The notes below the pieces were generated by a model. The model was not told the origin of the DNA. It ran no database searches and saw only the letters and a program-made list of their open reading frames with translations. A DNA stretch of 61,451 nt from Deltaproteobacteria bacterium (GTDB lineage: Bacteria > Myxococcota_A > Polyangia > GCA-2747355), in NCBI GenBank assembly GCA_019314525.1, contig JAFCZD010000026.1:1-61451 (forward strand), written 5' to 3'. Both the position numbers and the translations under genes were made by a program. Each line of letters begins with the position of its first letter. Position 1 is the stretch's first letter. Below are positions 17,824 through 27,164 of the stretch, one piece after another.

Positions 17824-19215
17824 TTAGGGCACTGGGTTGTAGCGCACACGGAAGAAGTGCACGTTGCGCGCTGGGAACGCTGGGTCAACCATCGTGTTCT
17901 CCTCAGAAAAGACAATGCCGAGTTCCTGGCCCTCTGGAGCGCGTTTCACGACAACGTCCAGGCTCTGAATCTCGAAGCCCAGCTCTCTTTCGAGAAGGGG
18001 AATCTCCTCGTCGAGGAGCTCTCCAGAGGCATCGAAGAAGCGTGCCATGATGGTGGACTGACCGCCGTCTTGACGCACGTAAATCAAGAGCCTCTGGACT
18101 TCGCTGACGCCTTCGAGGAGCAGCAATTGGGGGAAGAGGCTGTCAGTGCTGACCAGCGTGGGGGTGGTGGCTGGCAATGGATCACCAGGCGTGAGGCTTG
18201 CCAGGTGTACGCCTGTTCCCGAAGTGCCCGAGACCCAATCACTCCAAGCCACAAAGATCTTGCCGTCACTGTCCAAAGCGTCCGGTCGCCGACGAGGCAG
18301 GTTGGGCTCGCTGCAGTGATAGGGATGCTTGCCGAGGATCGTGTGTGGAATCGACGAGTAAAGAGATTGGCTTGCTGTAGCTGGGAAGGTGACGGGCTTG
18401 AAGCGCACCTCGATGGATTGCTGCTCATCGGTCGCATAGCTGATGGTGGCTTCGTTGTTGTAGAGCCAGAGCAGGCCGTGGGTGGATGGGGAGCATGTAT
18501 CTGGACACGCCAAGGGAAGCGGAGAGAACGTGCTCCACGTGCTTTCGGGCGGGTACACATTGATGGAAGCCCCCCATGCTTGTCCATCATAGGCTATTTG
18601 CAACATTTTCGTATGGGGCGTGCAGGGCGTTAGTCCGAGGTGGGTCGAGGCGAGTATGTGGAGCGTTCCGTCAGCAGTGAAAAACCTCGGGTTGTCATAA
18701 GTTCCACCCATGCGTTGTGTGTCCCCGAGGTCCTTCGCCACCCAAAGGCTTGCAGGCAGGCCCGTGCTGAGGTTCTTCTCTGACCAGGCCACAAAGAGCC
18801 CCTCTACTGTGGAGGTGATCGCCGGAGTCCGGGCAGGTCCTGGGTAGGTTATGAGCGCCAATGAGCCCACATCCCACTTCTGTACGGAGACACCCTGGTC
18901 TCCATCGATCCACGCCACAGCGTAGCCTGCGCCATGCACGGTGATCACCGGTGAGTGCCCTTCTCTCAGCGGGTCAACCTCACCCTCGAGGGTGAAGGGC
19001 TCAACGTTGACCTCTGCGTCTGCGGAGCCGTCACCCTTCTCACTGTTGAAGTCAACAATACGAGCGTCCCTGGCGGACGCGTCCGCGCTCACCCAATCCT
19101 GCTCGTACGCTGCGACCCAATGGCAACTCGAGGCCATCAAGAGCGTGAAGGCGAGCAGTAGAGCTGTGGTGATGCGTGGGTGTTTGTATTGACGTGTGCG
19201 CCGCATTATCCCCAT
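17824..19215 (-). CDS. Hypothetical lipoprotein or secreted protein.
   Basis: 463-aa ORF. N-terminus RITTALLLAFTLLMASSC is a signal peptide plus lipobox. No recognisable catalytic motif. Confidence 0.6.
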   Translation of the reverse strand: MGIMRRTRQYKHPRITTALLLAFTLLMASSCHWVAAYEQDWVSADASARDARIVDFNSEKGDGSADAEVNVEPFTLEGEVDPLREGHSPVITVHGAGYAVAWIDGDQGVSVQKWDVGSLALITYPGPARTPAITSTVEGLFVAWSEKNLSTGLPASLWVAKDLGDTQRMGGTYDNPRFFTADGTLHILASTHLGLTPCTPHTKMLQIAYDGQAWGASINVYPPESTWSTFSPLPLACPDTCSPSTHGLLWLYNNEATISYATDEQQSIEVRFKPVTFPATASQSLYSSIPHTILGKHPYHCSEPNLPRRRPDALDSDGKIFVAWSDWVSGTSGTGVHLASLTPGDPLPATTPTLVSTDSLFPQLLLLEGVSEVQRLLIYVRQDGGQSTIMARFFDASGELLDEEIPLLERELGFEIQSLDVVVKRAPEGQELGIVFSEENTMVDPAFPARNVHFFRVRYNPVP

Positions 19216-19290
19216 CCCTCAGTGATCTTCATTCTATCTTAGCATGGCGGTGGTGTTTCGGATCATGAACCGAAGCTGCTAAAGTGGCCC

Positions 19291-20409
19291 ATGCTCGACA
19301 AATCTCATGGCGTCGTAGCTTGCGCCCACTGTCATGTCCCGCATGCCGACACCACCTGTCCCTATTGCCAACGCTTGGTTTGCAAGAGTTGCCTTGGGCC
19401 CGTGGGCTGCTCTGTGCCTCATCCCGAGGAGCTGCGCCTGGGCCGCGGACGGCGGCTCTTACGCGTGGATGACGCTGCCCGCCATGGCCAGGTTGGTTAC
19501 GCTTTGACGCGAGGCTCCGAGGCATGGCGCCTTCGCCACAAAGAAGTGTTCGGCCTGCGTCCTCATACATACGAAGAGTTGCCTGTCGAACTCCGAGGCG
19601 AGGCCGCTGTCAACGGGGGCGTCCTGGTGCAGGCAGCCTGGAGCTATGAGTTCTTCTCCTTTGCTAACGAAGACCACAAGGATTACCTCACCCCACTGCT
19701 CTTCGTGGCTGATGTGACAGAGCATGGGCTCTTCGGTGTGCGCTTCATCAAACGTTCCATTGTTCATGTGGCGGCGGATACCCGTGTTTCAGAGGATGGT
19801 AAGACGGCGCTCTTGGTCAGCGCCTCTCAGGTGGACATTGTCGACATCACAGGCGAACGCAAACCGCGTACGGTCGACTTCAAGGGAGAGCTGATCCAAT
19901 GCTGCGCTCTATCGCAGCAGGCAGACCTCTTCGCCCTTGGGATTTTCGGTCGTGTGTTGGTCTACCGCTTGAGCACGGCGCGTCGTGTGGGAGAGTTGAT
20001 CCTCGAGGGGCAAGACATCGCTGCTGTGGCCGTGGGAATGGGGCGCTGCGTTGTGGTAGACGGAAACAAGGGTTTACACCTCTTGGAGCAGCAAAGGCGA
20101 GAGGGCGAAGAGCGTTGGGTCGAACATGGCGACGTTAGGGAGAAGCTGGCCCATGCGCTGCGACCCAACGAGTTGAGCATGAGCGCCGATGGGCGCCTCC
20201 TGGCGTATCAACACAAACGCAAACGAGTGTTGCTGCGCACAGTCGATGAGCAGGGCGTGGGCGAGCCCGTGCAGGAGCTTCGCGCTCACACCGACCGTGT
20301 CAACCTGGTGCAATTTGTACGCAGGGGGCAGATGCTCGTCAGCGCAGACCAAGACAACCGCGTGTGGTTTTGGCCACGGGAGGGGGACCGGTTGATCTCT
20401 GGGGAGTAG
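19291..20409 (+). CDS. Cytoplasmic protein with an N-terminal Cys-rich zinc-finger-like motif and WD40/beta-propeller-like repeats.
   Basis: CAHCHVPHADTTCPYCQRLVCKSCLGPVGC at the N-terminus. The C-terminal HTDRVNLVQFVRRGQMLVSADQDNRVWFW resembles a WD repeat. Confidence 0.55.
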   Translation: MLDKSHGVVACAHCHVPHADTTCPYCQRLVCKSCLGPVGCSVPHPEELRLGRGRRLLRVDDAARHGQVGYALTRGSEAWRLRHKEVFGLRPHTYEELPVELRGEAAVNGGVLVQAAWSYEFFSFANEDHKDYLTPLLFVADVTEHGLFGVRFIKRSIVHVAADTRVSEDGKTALLVSASQVDIVDITGERKPRTVDFKGELIQCCALSQQADLFALGIFGRVLVYRLSTARRVGELILEGQDIAAVAVGMGRCVVVDGNKGLHLLEQQRREGEERWVEHGDVREKLAHALRPNELSMSADGRLLAYQHKRKRVLLRTVDEQGVGEPVQELRAHTDRVNLVQFVRRGQMLVSADQDNRVWFWPREGDRLISGE

Positions 20410-20421
20410 GGTTGGGGTGCC

Positions 20422-22647
20422 TCAGAGGGCACACCCGCTGTCATCCCGACGCCCAAGCAGGGCTGGTAGCAGCAGCGCGTCTACCCCGAGGGCGAAGACG
20501 ACCGCCAGCGCCGTGAGCAGACCAAAGCGTACCACCGGCAAAAAGCCTGAGAGGGTGAGCACCAAAAAGCCCCCAGCGATCACCACCGATGTGGCGACGA
20601 TCCCCTGCCCTGCGATGCGCGCGGCGCAGAGCAGGCTGCCGCTCTTTTGGAAGTGGTAGAGGTAATGAAAGGTGTCATCCACCGCGATGCCGAGAGCGAC
20701 AGTGGCGACCATTGCGGTGCCCACATCCACAGGCAGGCCGAGCCAGCCCATCAAACCCAGCACGCACACAATGGGCAGCAGGTTGGCGATCATGCCCACG
20801 AGCGTTGTCCACAAGGAGCGGAAAAAGAGCAGCAAGAGCAGCGCGATGATGGTCGCGCTGAGCGTTAGGCTTTTGGCGAGGGTGGTCATCAGCTGGTCTG
20901 GGGTATGCACGAGCATGGAAAAATGCCCACTGATCTCCAGGGGCACGCCTGGGAAATAACGCTTCGCCAGCTTCTGTATCAGGTGTTCCCGGGCCCTCAC
21001 CACCTCCGGTCCCGCCGTCAAACAGAGCAACGAGACCTTGAGGCCTTTCTGGGGGTGCCAAAAGAGGCGTAACCCTTGATGCAGCCGCTTCTGGCTCGGC
21101 TCGTCGAGGATGATTTGCAGCGCAGTGAAATCGCTCGGAGGTGTGGCTCGCCCAGTTTGACGGTACCCTACGAGGGAGAGCAGGTCATGGGCGCTGACGA
21201 CCGCGCTCACACCACTTTTCCCCTCCAGCTCGCCGACCATTTTTCCCAAAGCTGGCATGCGTGTGAGCAGCGCGTTTTCATTAGCCAAGGGTAGTCGTAA
21301 CCACACATCGACGTTGCCCAGGCCGACGCCCTCTTTTTCGAGGGTCTTGTAGGCGATGCGTTCTGGGGCGTCTTCCGCCAGCAGGTCGAAGCCGTCAAAG
21401 CTACTGTGTAGCCTTTGCATGCCACCAAAGCTGCCAGCAATGAGGCCCAGCCCCAACAAGATCCACAGCCAGCGCCGCCTGACCCCCACCTGCGCCAGGC
21501 GTTCGAGGACGCGGCGTCGATGGGGAGGGGCGCTGAGTGTGGGACGCAGCCAGAGCAACAAGCAGGGCGTGCCCACGCTCACCAAGAGCAGGGCTATGAG
21601 CAACGAGCCGCTAGCCGCGAGACCAAGGACGCGCACCACGTGCACCTCAGAGAGGCCCAAAGAGGCGAAGCCAAGGGCTGTGGTGCCAAAGGCGAAGGTG
21701 GTGGGTACGAGCTTGGCGCGAAGGGTCGAGCCCACGGCTGCCTCGGGGCTGAGCCCTTCGGCACAGCATGTGGCGTAGTGGGTCACGAGGTGGATCGCGC
21801 CCGCGCTGCCCACGGCGAGCACGAGGGGAGGCAGCATGCCGGTGACGAGGTTGAGCGACTCGCCTAAGAGCTGCAGCCCAGCGACTCCCAAGAGCACGCT
21901 GCCACCCACAGGCAGCAAAATAGCCGCGGCCGCTCGAAGGGAACGGAAGACAAAGAGCGCGATCAAGAGCGCGACGCCGACCACCGCCGGCATGAAATGC
22001 GCGAGGGAGCGCCGCGATTCGCGATCGATGGCGGCGTTGGCAGTGGCAAGGCTCGCGATGAGCGGCGTGTGGCCACGTTGTCGTAGATCGGCGGCGAGTG
22101 CCTCTAGGTCGTGCGCAAGGGCTAGGCGCGGCTCGGCGCCTCGCATGACCACCAGCGCCGCGACACCAAGTAATGCGGGCTTTTTCCGGTAGAGTCCGAG
22201 CTTGGCATAGAGCGCGATCTTCGACGCTTCGCCTTGCGCTCTTGGGAGGTGGTGCTCCTCGATGTTCTCATCGTTTGGCTCATCGTTTGGCTCATCGTTT
22301 GGCTCATCGTTTGGCTCATCGTTTGGCTCATCGTTTGGCCCATCGTCGAGGCCGCTGTGGGCGAGGGAGATTACCCGCACCACCCCGGCGGTCTTTTTCA
22401 GCTTCTCGCCGACCTCATGAAGCAGCCGCAAGCCGGCGAGGTTGAGCTCCTGGCCGCGCAGTTGCAACAGCACGATCTCGTCGGCGCCAAAGGTCTTCAC
22501 CATCTCGTCGTAGGTGGTGCGCGCTTGGACGTCGGCGGAGAAGAAGACCTCGGGGGAGTTATCCTGGGTGATGAAGAGCGCGCGATATCCCACGCCCAGC
22601 ACGACGAACGTGAAGATGAGCAGGGTGAGTCGTGGACGCGCGAACAT
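20422..22647 (-). CDS. MMPL/RND-superfamily exporter (12-TM, two large loops).
   Basis: The N-terminal TM helix MFARPRLTLLIFTFVVLGVGY is followed by a periplasmic loop, a TM bundle, a second loop and a second TM bundle with AVDDTFHYL. ATG 22647 is chosen over the track start 22911 because the upstream 88 codons overlap the GH3 gene and look non-coding. Confidence 0.85.
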   Translation of the reverse strand: MFARPRLTLLIFTFVVLGVGYRALFITQDNSPEVFFSADVQARTTYDEMVKTFGADEIVLLQLRGQELNLAGLRLLHEVGEKLKKTAGVVRVISLAHSGLDDGPNDEPNDEPNDEPNDEPNDEPNDENIEEHHLPRAQGEASKIALYAKLGLYRKKPALLGVAALVVMRGAEPRLALAHDLEALAADLRQRGHTPLIASLATANAAIDRESRRSLAHFMPAVVGVALLIALFVFRSLRAAAAILLPVGGSVLLGVAGLQLLGESLNLVTGMLPPLVLAVGSAGAIHLVTHYATCCAEGLSPEAAVGSTLRAKLVPTTFAFGTTALGFASLGLSEVHVVRVLGLAASGSLLIALLLVSVGTPCLLLWLRPTLSAPPHRRRVLERLAQVGVRRRWLWILLGLGLIAGSFGGMQRLHSSFDGFDLLAEDAPERIAYKTLEKEGVGLGNVDVWLRLPLANENALLTRMPALGKMVGELEGKSGVSAVVSAHDLLSLVGYRQTGRATPPSDFTALQIILDEPSQKRLHQGLRLFWHPQKGLKVSLLCLTAGPEVVRAREHLIQKLAKRYFPGVPLEISGHFSMLVHTPDQLMTTLAKSLTLSATIIALLLLLFFRSLWTTLVGMIANLLPIVCVLGLMGWLGLPVDVGTAMVATVALGIAVDDTFHYLYHFQKSGSLLCAARIAGQGIVATSVVIAGGFLVLTLSGFLPVVRFGLLTALAVVFALGVDALLLPALLGRRDDSGCAL
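22268..22339 (-). repeat. 12-bp in-frame tandem repeat x6 (encodes PNDE x6) inside the first loop of the MMPL gene.
   Basis: tcatcgtttggc is repeated six times, perfectly, head to tail. Confidence 0.9.
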
Positions 22648-23080
22648 GGGGCCTTTGTACCCTTTCAGGACGAAGGGCGCTATCCATGCGCGTGCTGCTG
22701 GTGCTGAGCCGTTCTGGGGAGAGCCGCCCTGTTCGCCGCGCCTCGAGGAGGGCCCCAAGAACACCATAGACTTGTCGTGGCTCCAGCGCGACGAGCACGA
22801 TGTCGACGCCTGCAGCGAGGGACCGGACGGCGGTTTCTCCCATGCCGCCACGCCGCGCCCAGGCAGGCGCCATGCAGAGGTCATCGGTGACCAGCAACCC
22901 TTGGGCGCCAAGCTCTCGCCGCAGCCAGCTCACGGCCTTCGCGGATGAAGACGCCAGCTCGCCGTCGAGCAAGCGCACATGACCCAGCATTACGGCGCTT
23001 CGTTTGCCCAGTTGGCGGTAGGGGACCCAATCGCTCTTTCGCAAGGTGTCCACAGAGACATCGAGGCGCCCAGGGAAAAA

Positions 23081-23112
23081 GTGCGTGTCAGCGGTGGTGC
23101 GTGTCAGCGGTG
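23081..23112. repeat. Perfect 16-bp tandem duplication (gtgcgtgtcagcggtg x2) that causes the GH3 frameshift.
   Basis: I compared 23081..23096 and 23097..23112 base by base and they are identical. Confidence 0.95.
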
Positions 23113-23915
23113 ACGCGGCCGAGGCCTGGGAAGTGCTTGAACGTCGCGGTGACACCGTGGCTGAGGAGCTCGCGCGCGTAGATATGCGCCACCTCGCGTA
23201 CTCGGGCTGGATCGTGATGGATTGCACGTCGTGGAATCTGGCTGTAGAGGTCGGCGCTTCCGGCCGCTCGCCGAGCGCGCAGATCGACCACAGGCCCGAA
23301 GTTGAGCGTCACACCCAAAGCAGCAAGCTCGCGTCCATGTATAGCGGCGTAGCGGCGCACTGCTTTGTGGCGGCGGTGAGTAGGCGTTATGGACGCTAAC
23401 TCGGCGAGGGGCGGAAGGGCTGTGAGCCAAGGCGAGAGGCGCGAGACAACGCCACCTTCTTGGTCGGCGGCGATGATCAGCGCTGGCAGGCCACGCTCAC
23501 GGCGCAGCGTCTGCAGGGAAGCAAGTTCATGGCGCAGCAGGTCCACAGAGCGTCCACGCAAGTTGCGGCTGGTGATGAAGAGCCCGCCAACGGCACCATG
23601 AGCCACGAGGTGTCTGATGTCGTGCACGTCTTTGTAGCCCACCATCACGTGTCGACCGACGTTGGATAACTCGGCTGGGGGTGCACTCAGCACCTGTTCT
23701 GTGATTTGCCTCTGGGACAGCTCTTGACCACCCGTGTAGCTCGCCACGACGAGCAAGAGCAGCGCTCGTAGCCATGTTTCCCTCTTGAGTTTGAGTATGC
23801 CCCTGCGCCAGGCATGCCACGTCATGGCCAGCGCGGCGCCTGTTGCCGCGCAGATCAAGACCAACGAGATCCCACGTATCTTATGGCAGAGAGGGGTTGG
23901 GAGCGCCGCGGCTAG

Positions 23916-23981
23916 CAAGACGAGCAGCGCAGAGAGGAGCCAGAGTACCAAGACGAGCAGCGCAGAGAGGAGCCAGAGTAC
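23916..23981. repeat. Perfect 33-bp in-frame tandem duplication (encodes LWLLSALLVLV/L twice) in the TM region of the GH3 gene.
   Basis: caagacgagcagcgcagagaggagccagagtac occurs at 23916..23948 and again at 23949..23981. Confidence 0.95.
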
Positions 23982-24195
23982 CGGCGACCGCCAGCGATGA
24001 AGGAGCCTTGGAGTGGTGCGTTTGAACATGCCCCACCACAAAGCAGATCCCGTGCCATCTCGGTTTTTCCGCGTGCCACCTCGAGTTTTTGGCATGTGTG
24101 TCGTCACAGACACATGACATGTGGCAGATGATCTGTAGCGACCACGGGAAGGCATGAGTTACCCTCACATGACGACCCCTTCAAAGGAGCGCCTC

Positions 24196-25500
24196 ATGTC
24201 CCGCTGGTGGATCTCGACCTCGTGTTTTCTCGTTCTGTTGCTCGCCGCTCCCGCCCAGGCTGACGAGCTCACCACCCTCAAGCGCGAGGTGGCCTTCGTC
24301 AACCGCACCCTCACGGGCACGCTCAAGACCGTACGCGCCCAACTCCGCAAGGGACAAACCCGCCTGGCCACGGCCAATATCAACGCGATCACAAAATCGT
24401 TGAAGCGTTTGGCCCGAGCGACAAAACGCATTCGGAAGCGTGAGCCTGGCTACGCCCCAAATCCACCGATCAACTTCGACCGCACCCCAGCAGCCTCGCG
24501 GCAGAGCGAATACGCCAACGCCAAGAAGCTCGGTATCACCGCCGCCAAACGCGTCTTCGGCGACTACCAGAGCGCTAGCGCTGCCTTGCAGCGCGCCAAG
24601 CGGCGGCAGCTCAAGACCATCGCCATCAGCATGCTGAAGTTCACCATCGAAAACGCGCCTGGTCGGCAAGGGGGCAAGGTGCTCGATCTGGTGGTGGAGG
24701 GTGTCAAGAAGCTCAACTCCTCCCTGATGGATACCTATATCAGCGCACCCATTACACGCATCTCAGAGGTGAAGCTCTTGCGAAACAACTTCATCGATAT
24801 CCGCCAGGCTGGGCGGCTGATGCGGGTCCTCCAAGCGTCCCAAGGTAAGCTGATGATCTTTGCTCATAAGATGAACGGGCAGGCGAAAAACCTGCAGAGT
24901 GCCATGCGAGCCGAAAAAAGCTGGCAACGTTACCGCTGGCTGCAGCGCGCAGGAGCAGCCAACGTGAAGGTTCGTGTGATGAACGTGCGCCTACGTGACA
25001 TGGAGTTGCGCCTTGGGGGCACAAAGCTGAGTGTGGCCTCCAAGGGGCGTCTGCTGCGCCTCCCGCGCACGGTGTTGCTCTTTGCTCGGGTCAAAGGCAA
25101 GCAGGCTGCGTTCATCCGGCAGAAGCGCGCCCTGGCCCAGCGCAGTCGCACCATCCGGCTACATAGTGGCCCAAGGGGTGGCCCTGAAGACTCGCTGGTG
25201 TATTCATCAACGCGTGTGCCTGCGCGTTCGTCATGGTTGATCCAACATGAGCGCTTCAACTGGAAGCCCAGCAACAACACACGCATCGAGGTTGCTCCGC
25301 GAGCTGTGAAGGTCGGTTACTGGCGTCGCGAGCGTGGTCAGGTGCGCTGGACCCTCCCAACGCGCACCGGAGAGAACTTCTCGATCTTCGTCAAGGGGCA
25401 ACAGAGGTGGCGCTTTGTGCGCATGATGCGCGGCCGGCGCAGTGAAAAACACAAAGACGAGACATCCTCGGCGACCCTCGTATTGAAGGTCGAGCGTTAG
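24196..25500 (+). CDS. Secreted, highly basic hypothetical protein.
   Basis: ATG 24196 with AAAGGAG 6 nt upstream. Signal peptide MSRWWISTSCFLVLLLAAPAQA. Arg/Lys-rich with a helical N-terminal half. No known motif recognised. Confidence 0.6.
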   Translation: MSRWWISTSCFLVLLLAAPAQADELTTLKREVAFVNRTLTGTLKTVRAQLRKGQTRLATANINAITKSLKRLARATKRIRKREPGYAPNPPINFDRTPAASRQSEYANAKKLGITAAKRVFGDYQSASAALQRAKRRQLKTIAISMLKFTIENAPGRQGGKVLDLVVEGVKKLNSSLMDTYISAPITRISEVKLLRNNFIDIRQAGRLMRVLQASQGKLMIFAHKMNGQAKNLQSAMRAEKSWQRYRWLQRAGAANVKVRVMNVRLRDMELRLGGTKLSVASKGRLLRLPRTVLLFARVKGKQAAFIRQKRALAQRSRTIRLHSGPRGGPEDSLVYSSTRVPARSSWLIQHERFNWKPSNNTRIEVAPRAVKVGYWRRERGQVRWTLPTRTGENFSIFVKGQQRWRFVRMMRGRRSEKHKDETSSATLVLKVER

Positions 25501-25502
25501 TC

Positions 25503-27158
25503 ATGCGCTGGATTTTGGTGTTGTTCCTCTGTTCAGCCTGCAGCGAGAGTACTTCTCCCGTCGATATGGGTTCAAAGGAGGCGAGCGTTGACGCACCCAT
25601 GGTGGCGGTTGATTGGACGCTTCGCTTTGACACCAGCGCTGGTTTGCCTTTGCCGATACAGCTCCTGGGACAATACGACCTCTCTGGCGCGCTCTTCGCC
25701 TACGATCAGCAGGCGGGCATGATCGACGCGATGAAGTCCACCGGCTTTTCGGAGTGGCGCGTGGGTGTGGGGCGGTGGGAGGTCTCCACGCGAGTGTTGC
25801 CCACGCTCACCGATGGCAGCTCTTGCGTGGCAGAGCTGATGGGTCTGCCCACAGAAGCTTTTCCGCCGGGCTGCTCCACCACGAGTTGCAGCACCAACGA
25901 TCTAGACCTGATGGCGTCGCGCGATTGGTTCACCACCGTCGACGCTACCCCAGTCACCCTCGCCGACACGGAAGACGATGCTCGTTATGCTCTAGACTAC
26001 GTGCGCAAGGTCATTGACGTCTCCCACGCCTTTGGCGCGCAGCCCTTCGTCAATATCGATCTCGTGCCGCGCGCGCTCTCTTCGCGTGAAGAGCCATTAA
26101 GGGAGGCTCAACGCTTCTCGAGCCTGCCATCGCCCAAGAGCGTCGCTTGTATGTCGAGCTTCACCAACGGTGTCTCCAATGCTGCGCCCGCCAACGCGGC
26201 AGTCTTCGCGGCGGCTGCGACGGGCTTGGTGAAGCGTGTGGTGGAGGGGTCAGGCGGCGAGCCCGGTCGCTCCGTCCAATATTGGGAGGTATGGAACGAA
26301 CCCGAGATGCCGCATTTTTGGCATGATGGTTGGCCCGCAGGCGCCGATGCCTTCTTTTCAGGGTTGGCGATTCCGACCCTCATGGCGCTGGATAGCTATC
26401 GGGAAGAAAGTACCAAGGCCGACGTGAAGGCCCTCCGTTTTGGTGTCGGAAGCTTTGCACACGCTGCCACCGCGGCTGAGGTCATTCCCTCATTCGACGC
26501 CGCCGCGATCCCAGTGGACTTCTTTTCTTTCCACGCCTACCCCAAGCCTGAACAGGCGCTGGAGACGGTGGACGAGATTGCCCACCTCGAGGGGCTCTTG
26601 GCGGAGTCAACACATTACAAGCAAGCCGAGTTGGTGTTGGCAGAGTGGGGCCCCAATCTTGGGGGTGCCCATCAGGACTGGGACCCAGAGAGCATGGATG
26701 TTCCGCTGCTCGTGGCGCGGGTGCTCGCCCTGGGGGCTGCGGCGGGGCTCGACCGTGCACACCACACCATGTTCTATGATTTCTACGAGGGGATTCCGTT
26801 CGGCTTGTTGCGGCACGATCTTTCGCCCAAGCCTCTCTATCACGCTTATGCGCTGCTGGCGCGGGTGATCACCCCTGGCGCCTTGCGCTTGCCGCCGCTG
26901 GACGATGAGAGCGGGAGGCTCGAAGGGGGAGTTGGCGCTGTCCTCGCGTCCAAGGGCGCGGACGGATCACTGCGGGTGTTGTTGGTGAACACTGCAGATA
27001 CACCACGGACTCTCGCTCTGGTGCGTGAGGGGTCACCCGTTGAGAGAGCGCGCATCACGCGCTTTGACACGCCTAATGAAGCGCCTCTAAGCGAAGAGGC
27101 GAGCTTTCCTTTAGCGCTCCCCGCGCGTTCGCTGGTGTTGATAGAGCCGGTGGACTGA
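25503..27158 (+). CDS. Lipoprotein glycoside hydrolase, clan GH-A TIM-barrel type (GH39/GH5-like).
   Basis: Lipobox LFLCSAC. YWEVWNEPE is the acid/base NEP motif. LVLAEWG is a candidate nucleophile Glu. It starts 2 bp after the previous gene's stop. Confidence 0.65.
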   Translation: MRWILVLFLCSACSESTSPVDMGSKEASVDAPMVAVDWTLRFDTSAGLPLPIQLLGQYDLSGALFAYDQQAGMIDAMKSTGFSEWRVGVGRWEVSTRVLPTLTDGSSCVAELMGLPTEAFPPGCSTTSCSTNDLDLMASRDWFTTVDATPVTLADTEDDARYALDYVRKVIDVSHAFGAQPFVNIDLVPRALSSREEPLREAQRFSSLPSPKSVACMSSFTNGVSNAAPANAAVFAAAATGLVKRVVEGSGGEPGRSVQYWEVWNEPEMPHFWHDGWPAGADAFFSGLAIPTLMALDSYREESTKADVKALRFGVGSFAHAATAAEVIPSFDAAAIPVDFFSFHAYPKPEQALETVDEIAHLEGLLAESTHYKQAELVLAEWGPNLGGAHQDWDPESMDVPLLVARVLALGAAAGLDRAHHTMFYDFYEGIPFGLLRHDLSPKPLYHAYALLARVITPGALRLPPLDDESGRLEGGVGAVLASKGADGSLRVLLVNTADTPRTLALVREGSPVERARITRFDTPNEAPLSEEASFPLALPARSLVLIEPVD

Positions 27159-27164
27159 CGACTC

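Larger units (their letters stand above)
22559..24155 (-). pseudogene. nagZ: Glycoside hydrolase family 3 (NagZ-like beta-N-acetylhexosaminidase) with an N-terminal TM region, split into two frames by a 16-bp tandem duplication.
   Basis: The upstream ORF (23088..24155) ends ...AADQEGGVVSRL...KHFPGLGRVTADTHHR*. The downstream ORF (22559..23227) continues TADTHFFPGRLDVSVDTL...VMLGHVRL...LLVTDDLCM. Deleting one copy of the duplicated 16-mer joins them in frame. The likely start is ATG 24029 or 24095. Confidence 0.7.

Noticed and set aside
22648-22911. 88-codon N-terminal extension of the MMPL ORF.
   Set aside because: It has a Ser/Pro/Gly/Arg-rich, non-membrane composition and overlaps the C-terminal GH3 reading frame. 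MFARPRLTLLIFTF at ATG 22647 is a typical MMPL start.
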